A DNA stretch of 64,000 nt, from assembly GCA_002269645.1 (NCBI GenBank), contig NIVC01000032.1, positions 1,178,001-1,242,000 on the forward strand. The letters are read 5' to 3'. The notes under the pieces are model-generated. The model worked only from the letters and a program-made list of their open reading frames with translations. It did no database searches and had not been told where the DNA came from. The position numbers and the translations under genes were made by a program. The DNA comes from Macrostomum lignano (Eukaryota). Below, piece after piece: positions 22,418 to 34,957 of the stretch (position 1 is the stretch's first letter; every line of letters begins with the position of its first letter).

Positions 22418-22494
22418 GAATTTGATCAAGTTTAGCCATGATTTAATGGGTGATGCGTAGAAGCTGGAATTTAGCGATTCTTATAGCAGTAATA

Positions 22495-22659
22495 ATACCA
22501 ATAATATTAATAGTAACAATAATAATAATAATAATGATAACAGTAGTAGTAGTAGTAGTCGTAGTAGTAGCAGTAGTAGTAGTATTAGTAGTAGTTGTAG
22601 TAGTAGTAGTATTAGTAGTAGTATTAGTAGTAGTTGTAGTAGTAGTAGTGTAGTAGTAT

Positions 22660-22691
<32 letters not shown>

Positions 22692-22710
22692 TAGTAGTCG
22701 TAGTAGTAGC

Positions 22711-22744
<34 letters not shown>

Positions 22745-22788
22745 GTAGTGTAGTAGTAGCAGTAGTAGTAGTATTAGTAGTAGTTGTA

Positions 22789-22824
<36 letters not shown>

Positions 22825-22851
22825 GTTGTAGTAGTAGTAGTGTAGTAGTAT

Positions 22852-22883
<32 letters not shown>

Positions 22884-22933
22884 TAGTAGTCGTAGTAGTA
22901 GCAGTAGTAGTAGTATTAGTAGTATTAGTAGTT

Positions 22934-22978
<45 letters not shown>

Positions 22979-23190
22979 TAGTAGTCGTAGTAGTAGCAGT
23001 AGTAGTAGTATTAGTAGTAGTAGTAGTTGTAGTAGTAGTAGTAGTAGTTGTAGTAGTAGTAGTATTAGTGTAGTAGTAGTAGTATTAGTGTAGTAGTCAT
23101 AGTAGTAGCAGTAGTAGTAGTGGTAGTAGTAGTAGTAGTAGTAGTAGTGGAAGTAGTAGCAGTAGTAGTAGAAGCAGTAGTATTATTGCT
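22495..23190. repeat. (AAT)n grading into a (GTA)n microsatellite
   Basis: About 650 bp of interrupted AGT/GTA triplets. Confidence 0.97.
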
Positions 23191-23704
23191 TAAGAGTTGT
23201 GGGCTTAACTACTACTAGTAGTATACTTCTAGAGTTCATCTCTTTATCAAATACGACTGACTGGCCGGGTGATATATTGTTTGTATTTTTATTCAAGTCG
23301 ACACCTCGAAATGAATAAGAGTTTCTACAAAATATCCCTAATCACAAAGCCTAGATAACGATTTATAAAAAAATTGTAAATCGCAGAAACAATATTCAAA
23401 AACATTACAGCAAGTTAAAAGCCTCGCCAGTTTGCGCGTGTATTTAAATTTGTCCAGCTAACAATAACAGACAAGACGGCAGACGATTGAAATTTTTGCT
23501 TTCAAAACGTGCTTTTAGCAATGAATGAAAATGCGCATAGTGGGAAAATGTTTTGAAAACAAACCGGTCCTCACATTGTAGCTACTGAAGTGCAGTTCAT
23601 GAATATTGCCAAGTTTAATACGCATCCAGCTAGACTAAGAGAAACCTAGATTCTTTTTTTCCTGTTTAGGTTGTTTGTTTAATTAATTACCTGTAAAGGT
23701 TATG

Positions 23705-24385
23705 GGGTTGGTTGCTATGGAGTGAATGTAATTAACTGGTTGCTATGGAGTGGATGTAATTAACTGGTTGTGGTTGCTATGGAGTGAATGTAATTAATCG
23801 GTTGCTATGGAGTGGATGTAATTAATCGGTTGCTATGGAGTGAATGTAATTAACTGGTTGCTATGGAGTGGATGTAATTAACTGATTGCTATGGAGTGGA
23901 TGTAATTAATCGGTTGCTATGGAGTGGATGTAATTAATCGGTTGCTATGGGGTGGATGTAATTAACTGGTTGTGGTTGCTATGGAGTGAATGTAATTAAC
24001 TGGTTGTGGTTGCTATGGAGTGAATGTAATTAACTGGTTGCTATGGAGTGGATGTAATTAACTGATTGCTATGGAGTGGATGTAATTAATTGGTTGCTAT
24101 GGCGTGGATGTAATTAATCGGTTGCTATGGGGTGGATGTAATTAATTGGTTGTTATGTGTCGGTTTCTGGATCTGCGTGGATGCTATGGAGTGGGCGTAA
24201 TTAATTACATGCTATGGGGCGGTTACTAGGGCGTGGTTGCTATGGGGCGGGAGTAATTAATTGGTTGCTATGGCGTGGATGCAATTAATTGGTTGCTATG
24301 GAGCGAGTGTAAATTAGTTGCTTTGGTTGATCGATATTGAGTGGTTGCTATGGAGTGGATGTAAACAATTGGTTGCTATGGTTGG
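23705..24385. repeat. 28/33-bp minisatellite with GGTTGCTATGG core
   Basis: Units such as GGTTGCTATGGAGTGGATGTAATTAACT. Confidence 0.92.
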
Positions 24386-24505
24386 TTGATAATAGCTTTT
24401 CAATATGATCGTTAATGATTGGTTTTGCAATATTACCAAGATGCCTTAAAGCAAAAGCAATTTAAACTGCATAACAGATGTACAGGATACCTTCCCAAAT
24501 CAATT

Positions 24506-27500
24506 TCATTCCTTATTCTTTCGCTTCTTATTATCCGACAATCGTCGTTTTTTAATCTTCTTCCCATCGGCGGCATTGAAATCCTCTCGAGGTCGTTTCA
24601 ATGCCTTGACCTTTCTTGTCTGCAGTTTGTCCAACTCTTGCCGGCCGACGTGTACACGACCGAGACGATTGCCCAGACCATCGTCCGGCACAATGTTCTT
24701 GATCTTCTTGATCGTGGCAACTTTCGGCTGACGGCGAGCCTGCTTAGACTGCTCCGGCGTTGCCAACTTGTGCCTGCGCAGTCGCAAACCGAAACGCGGA
24801 CCCATCTCGGACAGCTCGACTCGGGGAATTTTCGAACCGGAGCTCTTCAGCAGGATGCGATAGGATCTGCGGGTTCCGTTTGGGATGGTTGATCTGATGA
24901 CTGATTCCCAGTCACTTGCGTCGCCTCAAGAGTCGTAGGTATTTTTTATTAGAGGCAGGGGGGTTGTGTGCACCTTGGCGCACTTTAAGCGACATAGGCA
25001 CACAACCAGCGAGAGGCATTGCTGCCAATTCCGCCGACTCCCCTGAGCAGGCACACAAGCGCGCGGATGCGTGCGCAGTCATACGCACAGGCACACACTT
25101 ACACAGGAGTGTACAGCGGCCCTAACTTTATATTATCGTTAGGCATGTACACTTCACTGCGCCTTGGGGGGTTGGCTCTCAAGGCCGTTAATTGCACGAG
25201 CAGAGCCAAGCCGAGATTCCAATTCAGCCCCAAATTAATGTGACTGCACTTGGAATCGAGCCTGGGTCGCTGGCACACCAGAGCAGCGGCGCTACCGCTG
25301 GGCTACGGCCCCCCAAGAGTCGTAGGTAACACAGGTAAAAAATAGGAAAGAAGTTCCTCTAGAAGACTCTAAAACAACAAGATGTCACGGTACAAGTCGC
25401 CAAAAAAATTCCTCCAAGAGTCAACTTGAGACTATTTGTGAATTTGGACAATCAAAACGGGACGCCATAGACATTCAAGCCAGGCCACAAATCTCACCCT
25501 AGTCATGAACTTTAGCAGTTAAGCAAAGTCTACTGAGGGAGGCTTGGCCATAGACTATAACTTTGGACATTCAAAAAGCCTTTCAATGGCGCCAGCAATT
25601 CCTGTAGCAGATCGCCAGCGGCTGATTGATGCGATTGAGCAAGGGTCATCCATTGCAGGAGCTGCAAGAATCTTGCGGTAACGGATACTTTGTTCACATT
25701 TAAATATTCCAGTTAGCCCTGAGATTTCATTAAATTGGGCAAATTCCCGTTTTGAACGGCTTTTTTTCATTTTCTCAAAACGACAAGGGCCGTTTTAGCG
25801 AAAGCAGAGCCAATCTACGAGTCTAGTATTGTTAATTCAATGGTCTCGTACTCTAATGTCTGCTTAAATTAATGCCCAAAGAATTTTAAACAACACTGCG
25901 TGCGTTTGTAAAGCCTATGTACAATTCGATCGATAATTTCTGTTTTCAAGTTGGTTTTTCTCGCCGGCCAATAGAAAAGCCGCGCATATATTATGCTAGC
26001 CTGAAATTAAGCTCTCCTCGCGCGCCCACCCCAGCCCGCTCTTTATCAGTCCTGTCTGGGTGGGGCGCCCGGGGTTAGACCCTTGTTTGCTGTTTACCCG
26101 TCTCTCCGCTTCGCTCCGCCACAGTTCTAAGTCACACCTCTGCCAAGTCTCAGTCACGCCACCGCCACCGTCAATTCTCGACCACGCCACCACTACCGTC
26201 TGTAAAGGGTTCTCGCTACGAGTACCGCCACCACACGATCACTGCCATCACATCGTCGCCATTGCCTCAGGCTCATCAACTCGCTCTATCATCTATCATC
26301 TATCTTGTTGTTGCGCAGCCGCCCAGTGCATTCCTTACGGATTCAGCAAATACTCAGGCCCATCTCTATTAACTACCCAGACGGAATTGATAATAACGAG
26401 CCCTAACTATCCACTCATACGGGTACAATAAATGAGAACTGCGGCCACCGCCCGCATCATTCGTCACTATCATCAAGTGCTACCGCTACAAAGTTTGCCT
26501 CTGCTGTATTCGTATTCGTCAGTTAATTTCGAGTCTGCCGGTTAATCGTCACAAGTCGCCCCCCTGAGTCGCTTTCTTTTTGGGAATATTCTGGAATATC
26601 ATTAAGAAATTAGGAGTCGCATCAATGATATGCGTCACAAACGCCTCACCTGACAAGAATCTGGCCATCGCAATAGGAGAATTGAATCAGCTGCTCAAGG
26701 CCTTGGAGACGAATCTTCTCAACCCGAGGACCTTGGAACATGTCCAGCAGCAGGTTTTTAATAGCCATCAGAGTTGGGTCGCTGTCAAACTCTTCGCCCT
26801 AAAAATTATTGTTTTCAGGTGTAGGGTGGATTGTTGAAATCGCATTCAAGAGATTTAATCAAATCAGTCATAGCACACAATTTGTCTAAATCATAGCCTA
26901 GGATGTCTAGATGCCAAGATTAATGGCTAAGATGACCAAAACATATTTAAATACATAGATCAGCCATCCCATCTAGATTTCACTCATTAGATGTCTAGAT
27001 GACAGCAATCACAATGTCTAGATGACAGCAATCACAATGTCTAGATGATAGCAATCACAATGTCTAGATGACAGCAATCACAATGTCTAGATGACAGCAA
27101 TCACAATGTCTAGATGACAGCAATCACAATGTCTAGATGATAGCAATCACAATGTCTAGATGTCAGCAATCACAATGTCTAGATGACAGCAATCACAATG
27201 TCTAGATGACAGCAATCACAATGTCTAGATGTCAGCAATCACAATGTCTAGATGACAGCAATCACAATGTCTAGATGATAGCAATCACAATGTCTAGATG
27301 TCAGCAATCACAATGTCTAGATGACAGCAATCACAATGTCTAGATGATAGCAATCACAATGTCTAGATGTCAGCAATCACAATGTCTAGATGACAGCAAT
27401 CACAATGTCTAGATGACAGCAATCACAATGTCTAGATGTCAGCAATCACAATGTCTAGATGACAGCAATCGCAATGTCTAGATGTCAGCAATCACAATGT

Positions 27501-29869
27501 CTAGATGATCACAATGTCTAGATGATCACAATGTCTAGATGATCACAATGTCTAGATGATCACAATGTCTAGATGACAGCAATCACAATGTCTAGATGTC
27601 AGCAATCACAATGTCTAGATGATCACAATGTCTAGATGATCACAATGTCTAGATGATCACAATGTCTAGATGACAGCAATCACAATGTCTAGATGATCAC
27701 AATGTCTAGATGTCAGCAATCACAATGTCTAGATGACAGCAATCACAATGTCTAGATGTCAGCAATCACAATGTCTAGATGATCAAAATGTCTAGATGAC
27801 AGCAATCACAATGTCTAGATGTCAGCAATCACAATGTCTAGATGATCACAATGTCTAGATGACAGCAATCACAATGTCTAGATGTCAGCAATCACAATAT
27901 GCAGATGACAGCAATCACAATGCCTACATGACAGCAATCACAATGTCTAGATGACAGCAATCACAATGTCTAGATGAGAGCAATCACAATGTCTAGATGA
28001 CAGCAATCACAATGTCTAGATGACAGCAATCACAATGTCTAGATGACAGCAATCACAATGTCTAGACGACAGCAATCACAATGTCTAGATGTCAGCAATC
28101 ACAATGCCTAGATGACAGCAATCACAATGCCTAGATGACAGCAATCACAATGCCTAGATGACAGCAATCACAATGCCTAGATGACAGTAATCACAATGCC
28201 TAGATGACAGCAATCACAATGCCTAGATGACAGTAATCACAATGCCTAGATGATATCAATCAGATATCTAGATGACAGCAATCACAATGTCTAGATGACA
28301 GCAATCACAATGCCTAGATGATATCAATCAGATGTCTAGATGACAGCAATCACAATGTCTAGATGATCACAATGTCTAGATGTCAGCAATCACAATGTCT
28401 AGATGACAGCAATCACAATGTCTAGATGTCAGCAATCACAATGTCTAGATGATCAAAATGTCTAGATGACAGCAATCACAATGTCTAGATGTCAGCAATC
28501 ACAATGTCTAGATGATCACAATGTCTAGATGACAGCAATCACAATGTCTAGATGTCAGCAATCACAATATGCAGATGACAGCAATCACAATGCCTACATG
28601 ACAGCAATCACAATGTCTAGATGACAGCAATCACAATGTCTAGATGAGAGCAATCACAATGTCTAGATGACAGCAATCACAATGTCTAGATGACAGCAAT
28701 CACAATGTCTAGATGACAGCAATCACAATGTCTAGACGACAGCAATCACAATGTCTAGATGTCAGCAATCACAATGCCTAGATGACAGCAATCACAATGC
28801 CTAGATGACAGCAATCACAATGCCTAGATGACAGCAATCACAATGCCTAGATGACAGCAATCACAATGCCTAGATGACAGCAATCACAATGCCTAGATGA
28901 CAGCAATCACAATGCCTAGATGACAGCAATCACAATGCCTAGATGACAGCAATCACAATGCCTAGATGATATCAATCAGATGCCTAGATGACAGCAATCA
29001 CAATGCCTAGATGACAGCAATCACAATGCCTAGATGACAGCAATCACAATGTCTAGATGACAGCAATCACAATGCCTAGATGACAGCAATCACAATGCCT
29101 AGATGACAGCAATCACAATGCCTAGATGACAGCAATCACAATGCCTAGATGACAGCAATCACAATGCCTAGATGACAGCAATCACAATGCCTAGATGACA
29201 GCAATCACAATGTCTAGATGATATCAATCAGATGTCTAGATGACAGCAATCACAATGTCTAGATGTCAGCAATCACAATGCCTAGATGACAGCAATCACA
29301 ATGCCTAGATGACAGTAATCACACGTCTAGATTACAGTAGCCACATGGCTAGATCACACTTATTACAGTCATCCTATGTCTAAACCAAACTACAATAAAA
29401 TAGTATTTAAATAATGTTCAACAATTAGACTCACCTGAAAGCTAAGACATGGCTTAGTGCCAACAGGCACCTTGGCAACGGGAAAAGTACACAATGGCTG
29501 GTAGCCTTCAACGCCAAACTCAATCATATCCAGCAGCTGGTAGTTAAACAGCCTGCCTAGCACCAGATTATTCGGTCGCTTTTTCGAATGGCTTGCAAAA
29601 GCGAATAGCGAGCAGTCGTACTTTCGACTCATCTTTTCAACAAAGCTAATCTCTTCGAATGGTAAAATTGGATTGCGGCGTTTCAGCATCAGAGCGTGCG
29701 GCTTTTTTAAGCTGTACAAATCTTTCAGACAGGAACCGATGGCTTCGCTAGTATTGCCGCCGCGGATGAGTAAGCACGACTTTGTGTTTTCTATCACCTT
29801 CTCTTCTCGCCTGGCTAATGCTCGCTTGCCGGCTTGAGTCTTCGGCTTGATCACGCTGTTTGAGGCCAT
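24506..29869 (-). CDS. RPF2: Ribosome production factor 2 (Brix domain), 3 exons, about 314 aa
   Basis: Exon 1 29869-29435 (KPKTQAGKRAL..RE.KVIEN...SHSKKRPNNLVLGR...DMIEFG...|gtgagt). Exon 2 26798-26650 (GEEFD...KNLLLDMFQG...GLEQLI..|gtgagg). Exon 3 24866-24506 (RSYRILLKSSGSKIPRVELSEMGP...KNI). Phases are consistent (435+149+361 nt). Confidence 0.95.
24942..25313 (-). mobile_element. tRNA-derived SINE, family A copy 2, with 15-bp TSD
   Basis: Head GGGGCCGTAGCCCAGCGG (A box) and GGCTCGATTCC (B box), A-rich tail; exact TSD CAAGAGTCGTAGGTA at 24927-24941 and 25314-25328. Confidence 0.9.
26990..29335. repeat. 23-bp minisatellite (with a 17-bp variant) in RPF2 intron 1
   Basis: TCTAGATGACAGCAATCACAATG repeated about 100 times; shorter variant TCTAGATGATCACAATG. 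Confidence 0.97.
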
Positions 29870-30039
29870 GCCAAGCTGCACTGCTGATGGATGGCTTGCT
29901 TGATTGACAGTTTGCTACTGAGCTGCTGCTCGCAGTGGGAATGGGTTTTTGTAGTGAAGACTCCATATTGATTCGTTGATTGCTCAAGTAAAGTTCATAG
30001 TAGAGATGAGAAAAATATCAATTTTCTAGGGAGAAAGAC

Positions 30040-30215
30040 AGCTAGACAGGCAGACAGACAAACAGACAGACATCAGGCAGGCAGGCAGACAGACAGACAG
30101 ACAGACAGACAGTCAGACAGATAGGCAGGCAGGCAGGCAGACAGACAGACGCTAAGAGAGAGACAGACAGACGGACAGACAGACATAGACAGAGACACTC
30201 ACAGTGACAGAGAGA
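30040..30215. repeat. (GACA)n/(GGCA)n microsatellite
   Basis: Direct inspection. Confidence 0.9.
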
Positions 30216-30882
30216 CAAATGTGCATACGAAAAAAGGACACAACAAATCAACTAAGACAAAAAACCAAAAAGACAGACAATTATCGAATTTTTTTTTAAA
30301 TTTACTATTCCTACGAGCAAATGAAATAAGAAAACCATTAGCTATACAACTATAATTAAAATCCCAATAAAGAAAACCAAAAAATTCTGTGTATTTAGTA
30401 CGAAAAGCATATTTTGGCACAAAAAAGTGAGACTCAGTCAACAAGCAACTACATGTATTCAACTGTTGTTAGTATTTCAGATCTGTACAAGTAGCACAGA
30501 AATGCTGTATGTGCAACACATAAAATTTGGCTACCGTAAAACAATCATTAATAAACCCGATGAAAACGGTTCCCAGGCCAAGAAGCGTCCCAGAGCCACT
30601 TTCATGGCTCCAGAGTCGTTGCAAATCACACAGGTAAAATAGAAAAAAGTGACTTTAGACAACTCTAAAACGACAAGATTTCGCACTACAAGTCGCCAAA
30701 AAGTCTTTTTGAGGCGTTTTACTGTCTGCGACTCTGGGGCAACGCAAGTGACTCTGAGTCGCTGTAGAATCAAACAAGTCATTTGAGTCGTTAAAAAGTC
30801 ACAAGAGTCTCCTCAAAATCGCTAGAGTCCCTAGTGAGTTGTTTCCAGTGACTCTTTAGCGACTCTTGTCGCGGTAACATTT

Positions 30883-33181
30883 TCAACGAGAAGGATGCTC
30901 AATTCGCCACTGCAGCAGAGCCGCATTGAATTCCTCAACCGCGCCCAGAACATCGTCTATGGTAGTATCCGGTCCAACGCTCAGTCTAACAGCTGATCTG
31001 GCAGCCATAGGATTGACGCCAGATTCTAACAGAACAGCGGATGCGCCGGAATTGGCGGCGGCGTGACAAGCTGAACCGGCGCTGGCAAGAATGCGGCCTC
31101 TACTAAGTAGATAGTTCCTAGCTAAAGCAGCTTCGCGCAGTTCCATATCGTCAGTATTATTATCAGTTGCTAATTCTTTACTCTGACCAGCTGATTCCAA
31201 TATTTTGGTTGATACAATTGACACGTTGAGCGTGTTTGGCAGAGTGGGACCATTTGGAAAATTATTGTTCACGATTAGTCGAAAGCCGGTGAATTCTGAC
31301 ATCTCCGGATCGTTAATGGAGTTCAGCTGCGTGAAATGTTAGGGAAATTAATAGCATTTAAGGATAATCTAGAATTGAAGCGGTTATTGAATTATCTAGC
31401 TACTAGAATCAAACCGATTATTGAGATATCTAGCCATTGGATTGGAATCAAAGTGACGTTATGACTATTGAGATATCTAGCCATCGGAATTACAGCTTTT
31501 ATTGTGCGACTGACATATTACCATATCCAATTGACTTTCGAAGGTGGTTTTGATGCACAATGGAGGAATGACACACAGAGGAAATCCAATTCAACACCCA
31601 GAATTACCAGTCTATCCCGCAGCTGATCTCGCATCTCAGCCAGCTGTACCATCAGAGGCTGCCTGCGATCAACATCATCCAGCTGAGTCTTCGACAGACG
31701 CGCGGCTGCCCCCAGACCGGCAAGTCCCGGTGTATTCTCAGTGCCAGCCCTGACGCCATTCTCCTGTCCGCCGCCAAGCAGCAGTGGCGCCAATTTAGCG
31801 CGCAATCTAGCGCTACAATACAGCGCCCCAACACCTTTGGGTCCTTGAAATTTATGACCAGCCAAGCTTAGGAGATCTAATCCATTGGGAACTTTGACAG
31901 GCACTTTGCCGACAGCTTGACAAGCGTCAGTGTGGAACAATGGCAGGCCAGAGTTGGCGTAGGAGGAACACGACGAATCGACTGTCAGGCTATTTAGGCG
32001 ACGCCATTCCGAGAGCGCATTTGCAATCTGCGAAATTATTAGTTCGCGTGATTTTTTCAACTAAGTGTGTGCAATGTTGAGTTTTTTAACGGATGTCTTA
32101 GTTCAAGTCTTTAAATCAGGGGTCGGAAATTTTTTTTACCTTAGGGGCCAGATAAAGAATCCAGCTCATGGCCGCGGGCCTGGTGAGAAAGGAAAGGAGA
32201 AGGAAGAGAGGAGAGGGGAGAGACTAAAGACTAGAGATAAGAGATGAAAGGGGAGAGAAGATGAGATGAGAGATTAGTTGGGAGATGACAGGAGAGAATA
32301 TAAGAGGAGCGAGGAAATTAGGAAGATGAGGCGGGAGAAGAAGACTCTAGGACTAACCGGCTGCGATTAAGGATGGGGTGCTTTCCCAGACCTAGATTTC
32401 ACATCACAGAAACGTTTTAAGCTTTATAATTTTAGGTATTGTTTCTTCTTTTTTCATATTTGGCATGTTGATTCGATTTTTGGACTTGTGAAATTTAGGC
32501 ATTATACGGAACCTCCCTTAAGTGTCCAGCGAGGCACTTAAAAGTTATTTTTACAGTACTGACGCACTTTTTGTAAACATCACTGGTTTATACCTCGGCT
32601 ATGGGAAATATGGCTCCAGTCTCATTATTTGCCCACATCACGGTCACTAAACAGGTATCGCCCCAGCGCAATGCAGCAACAAGTTCGCCAACATTTGCCA
32701 GAGCGCCAGTGCTTGAATTGATGCGCAACCAGGTTACATCAACTAAACCTAGAGCCACCAGTCGTTCAATAGGTTTACGAATCGAGTCGTGTTCAATACA
32801 GCTGGCTACAATATGAGGCCGACCAACAATAGCATTCTCAGCTCTATCCAAATTCCGGTACATCCAAACAGCCTGTTTCACAGCCCAATTATTGCTCTCT
32901 GTACCGCCGGATGTGAAAATCAACTCTGCTGGCTGACAGCCAATCAGATCTGCTACAGATTCGCGAGCAACTTCAACTATGCTGCGAGTCCGACTGCAAA
33001 TGCTCGGATTCTGCCAGCCGGTGTACATAGCTTCAATAACGGCATCGCGAGACTGCGAAGACATTGGACTAGTAGCATTGTAGTCTAAATAAATTGGCGT
33101 CTTCGTTGCTTCTTGCTTGTGTTGTTGATATTGTTGTTCATTGCTTGTTTGTTGGCTACGAGGCAGCTGTTGATGCGACAT
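30883..33181 (-). CDS. SCLY: Selenocysteine lyase (PLP-dependent class V aminotransferase), 3 exons, about 483 aa
   Basis: Exon 1 33181-32594 (IYLDYNATSP, FTSGGTESNN, IEHDSIR, MWANNETG..PIAE|gtataa). Exon 2 32027-31608 (HTDACQAVGK, GHKFQGPKGVGALY, GGGQE..RAGTENTP; an alternative acceptor at 32060 is possible). Exon 3 31326-30883 (LPNTLNVS, SAGSACH, VRLSVG). EHDS is the SCLY-type residue pattern, whereas NFS1 has EHK. Confidence 0.85.
32117..32395. mobile_element. hAT-like end (CAGGGGTCGG...) followed by a GA-rich tract; related sequence at about 48925
   Basis: Shares GGCCAGATAAAGAATCCAGCTCATGGCYGCGGGCC with 48925-48960. TSD not confirmed and the end is approximate. Confidence 0.5.
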
Positions 33182-33637
33182 TTGGCATAATATAAAAATT
33201 TACATTGACAATTGATGATTCATAAAATGTACCACTTGTAATTGACTACTAAGGTGCCTTGAAATTATGAATGTGTACTTTACCTACAGTCCGTGTTATT
33301 GCAACATTAGCTAGGGTAGGGTGGAGGCAGCTAAATACTAAGACAGTATAAATATTAAATATCAAGAGGACCTATGCCGGAGCCATCCAAGGAAAGGTCA
33401 TGATGGTCAGCTGTCTCCCTAGTGAAAATTGAAGGGCCTCGTGTGCAATGGGAAAATCTTGTTAGTCCAACAAAAAAAGCAAAACGCAATCCGATTTAAG
33501 TGGACCTCTTTCATACATAACACTACAACACTGATTTTACTTGAAAGCGCGTATAAATCTTAGTAAATTAACACAAATTGAAAATGCTTTAGTAAAATAA
33601 GTTATTTCACTTCTTCCTTGGTAAATGTTTTTTCGCG

Positions 33638-34872
33638 TTAATAATTGCAAACAACATCAACGCGATTGTAAGGCTCTAGTACTTTACGCAGACTGGCAAT
33701 TAACTCAGTCTGAATGAGCTCCACCTGTTCAGTTGGGCAGTAATCGTCTAGAGACGATCTGGCAATGGTGACGCAAGCAGGAGGACCGTATCGAGCTGAC
33801 AACTCACTCAACCAATTGCCAAAACTGTCAATCATCAGGCGAATCTCGTCTGGCGAAGAGACTCGATGCGGTAGGTCGCCACCAAGACCGTCTTGACCGC
33901 TGAGTACTTCGTGTAAATCTTCTGGCGTCCATGTTGTAGCAGTAGCAGTAGCGCTACTATCGCCGTTTCCATGACGACGAGCCCACGCGAACAGAGAACG
34001 AAGAACAGTTCGATCTTGAGCATCATCCTTCTCGGCGTCATCAACTTCATCAACGTTGATAGCCTCGCTACTCGTACTAGCTTCAGTTTTACTATCCAAT
34101 TCACTGGAAACTTCCATCATGATTTGACCCAACCGTTCCAAGCGTTGCTCCCTTCGCCTGCAAGCCGTCTCAAGAGCCGGGCCCTCTTCGACAATTTCGC
34201 CACCGCGCCAGCCGTAGACGCTACGAGCGGCGCTAATCAGATCAGCTGGTAGCCACTTCGACGGAGCGTCCTGCGTAGAGAAATAGTCCAAGTCAACATC
34301 GACAACGTAAGCGGCAGCCTGACCGAGACCCGATTGGCCGACACAATCGCAATCCAGTGCACTGCTAAACTCGTGCGAGCACAGGTGAAATTGGCTAATC
34401 TTATTACTATTCTTGCCTATCTCTGCTTCGGGTATGGAGGTCAAATGGTGACAGTACATACACTCGGCCGCAAAATAAGGCAGGCCGCAGTCTAAACGTA
34501 AAGGTGCTTCAACAGCAGCAGCGGCTGACGATTCAACTGGACAAGGACCAATACGAACTAGACGACGCTTTATATCCGGCAGCTGGTCCGACCAAGGCGG
34601 TCGCAGCCAAACAACGTATCAAAGTGGCCAGCATAGGCAGCTGGCAGAATCCAACTCCCAATACTCAGTTGCGATTGCAACGCGCCATCAACTCCAGCGT
34701 CCAGGCATTCGTTGGCTGTTAACTTAGGCGGCAACTGCAGATCAGGATGCGAGTCCAGGTGCAACAGTGTTAAACGAGAAAACGGCAAACGCTTTGAACC
34801 GATTAAACGGTAGATATCCAATAGCACCTCGTGGTGCGGCTCGCGAATGAACACGCGTATTGGTTGGCGTTG
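33638..34872 (-). CDS. C5orf22: UPF0489/C5orf22 homolog; one apparent 1-nt frameshift near 34610 and no in-frame ATG
   Basis: PIRVFIREPHHEVL.DIYRLIGSKRLP, LHLDSHPDL, LSIGSWILPAAYAGH, then in a shifted frame WLRPPWSDQ...YFAAE...VDVDLDYFSTQD...TIARSSLDDYCP.EQVE.IQ. Confidence 0.85.
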
Positions 34873-34957
34873 CTTGACCAGAAAGATGTTGTAAAAAACT
34901 TGGTTTATTTTTGCAAATAGCACAATATATCTGCTTTTAGAACAAAACAAAGGAATT

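Noticed and set aside
20935-22653. Cys/Gly/Trp-rich and poly-Val ORFs
   Set aside because: They are translations of the GTTGCTATGG and GTA simple repeats.
19710-29335. CRISPR-like appearance of the tandem arrays
   Set aside because: The repeats are contiguous with no unique spacers, there are no cas genes, and the context is eukaryotic.
24867-29434. snoRNAs in RPF2 introns
   Set aside because: No convincing sense-strand C/D or H/ACA box pair with terminal stems was found by eye; a snoscan/Infernal run would be needed.
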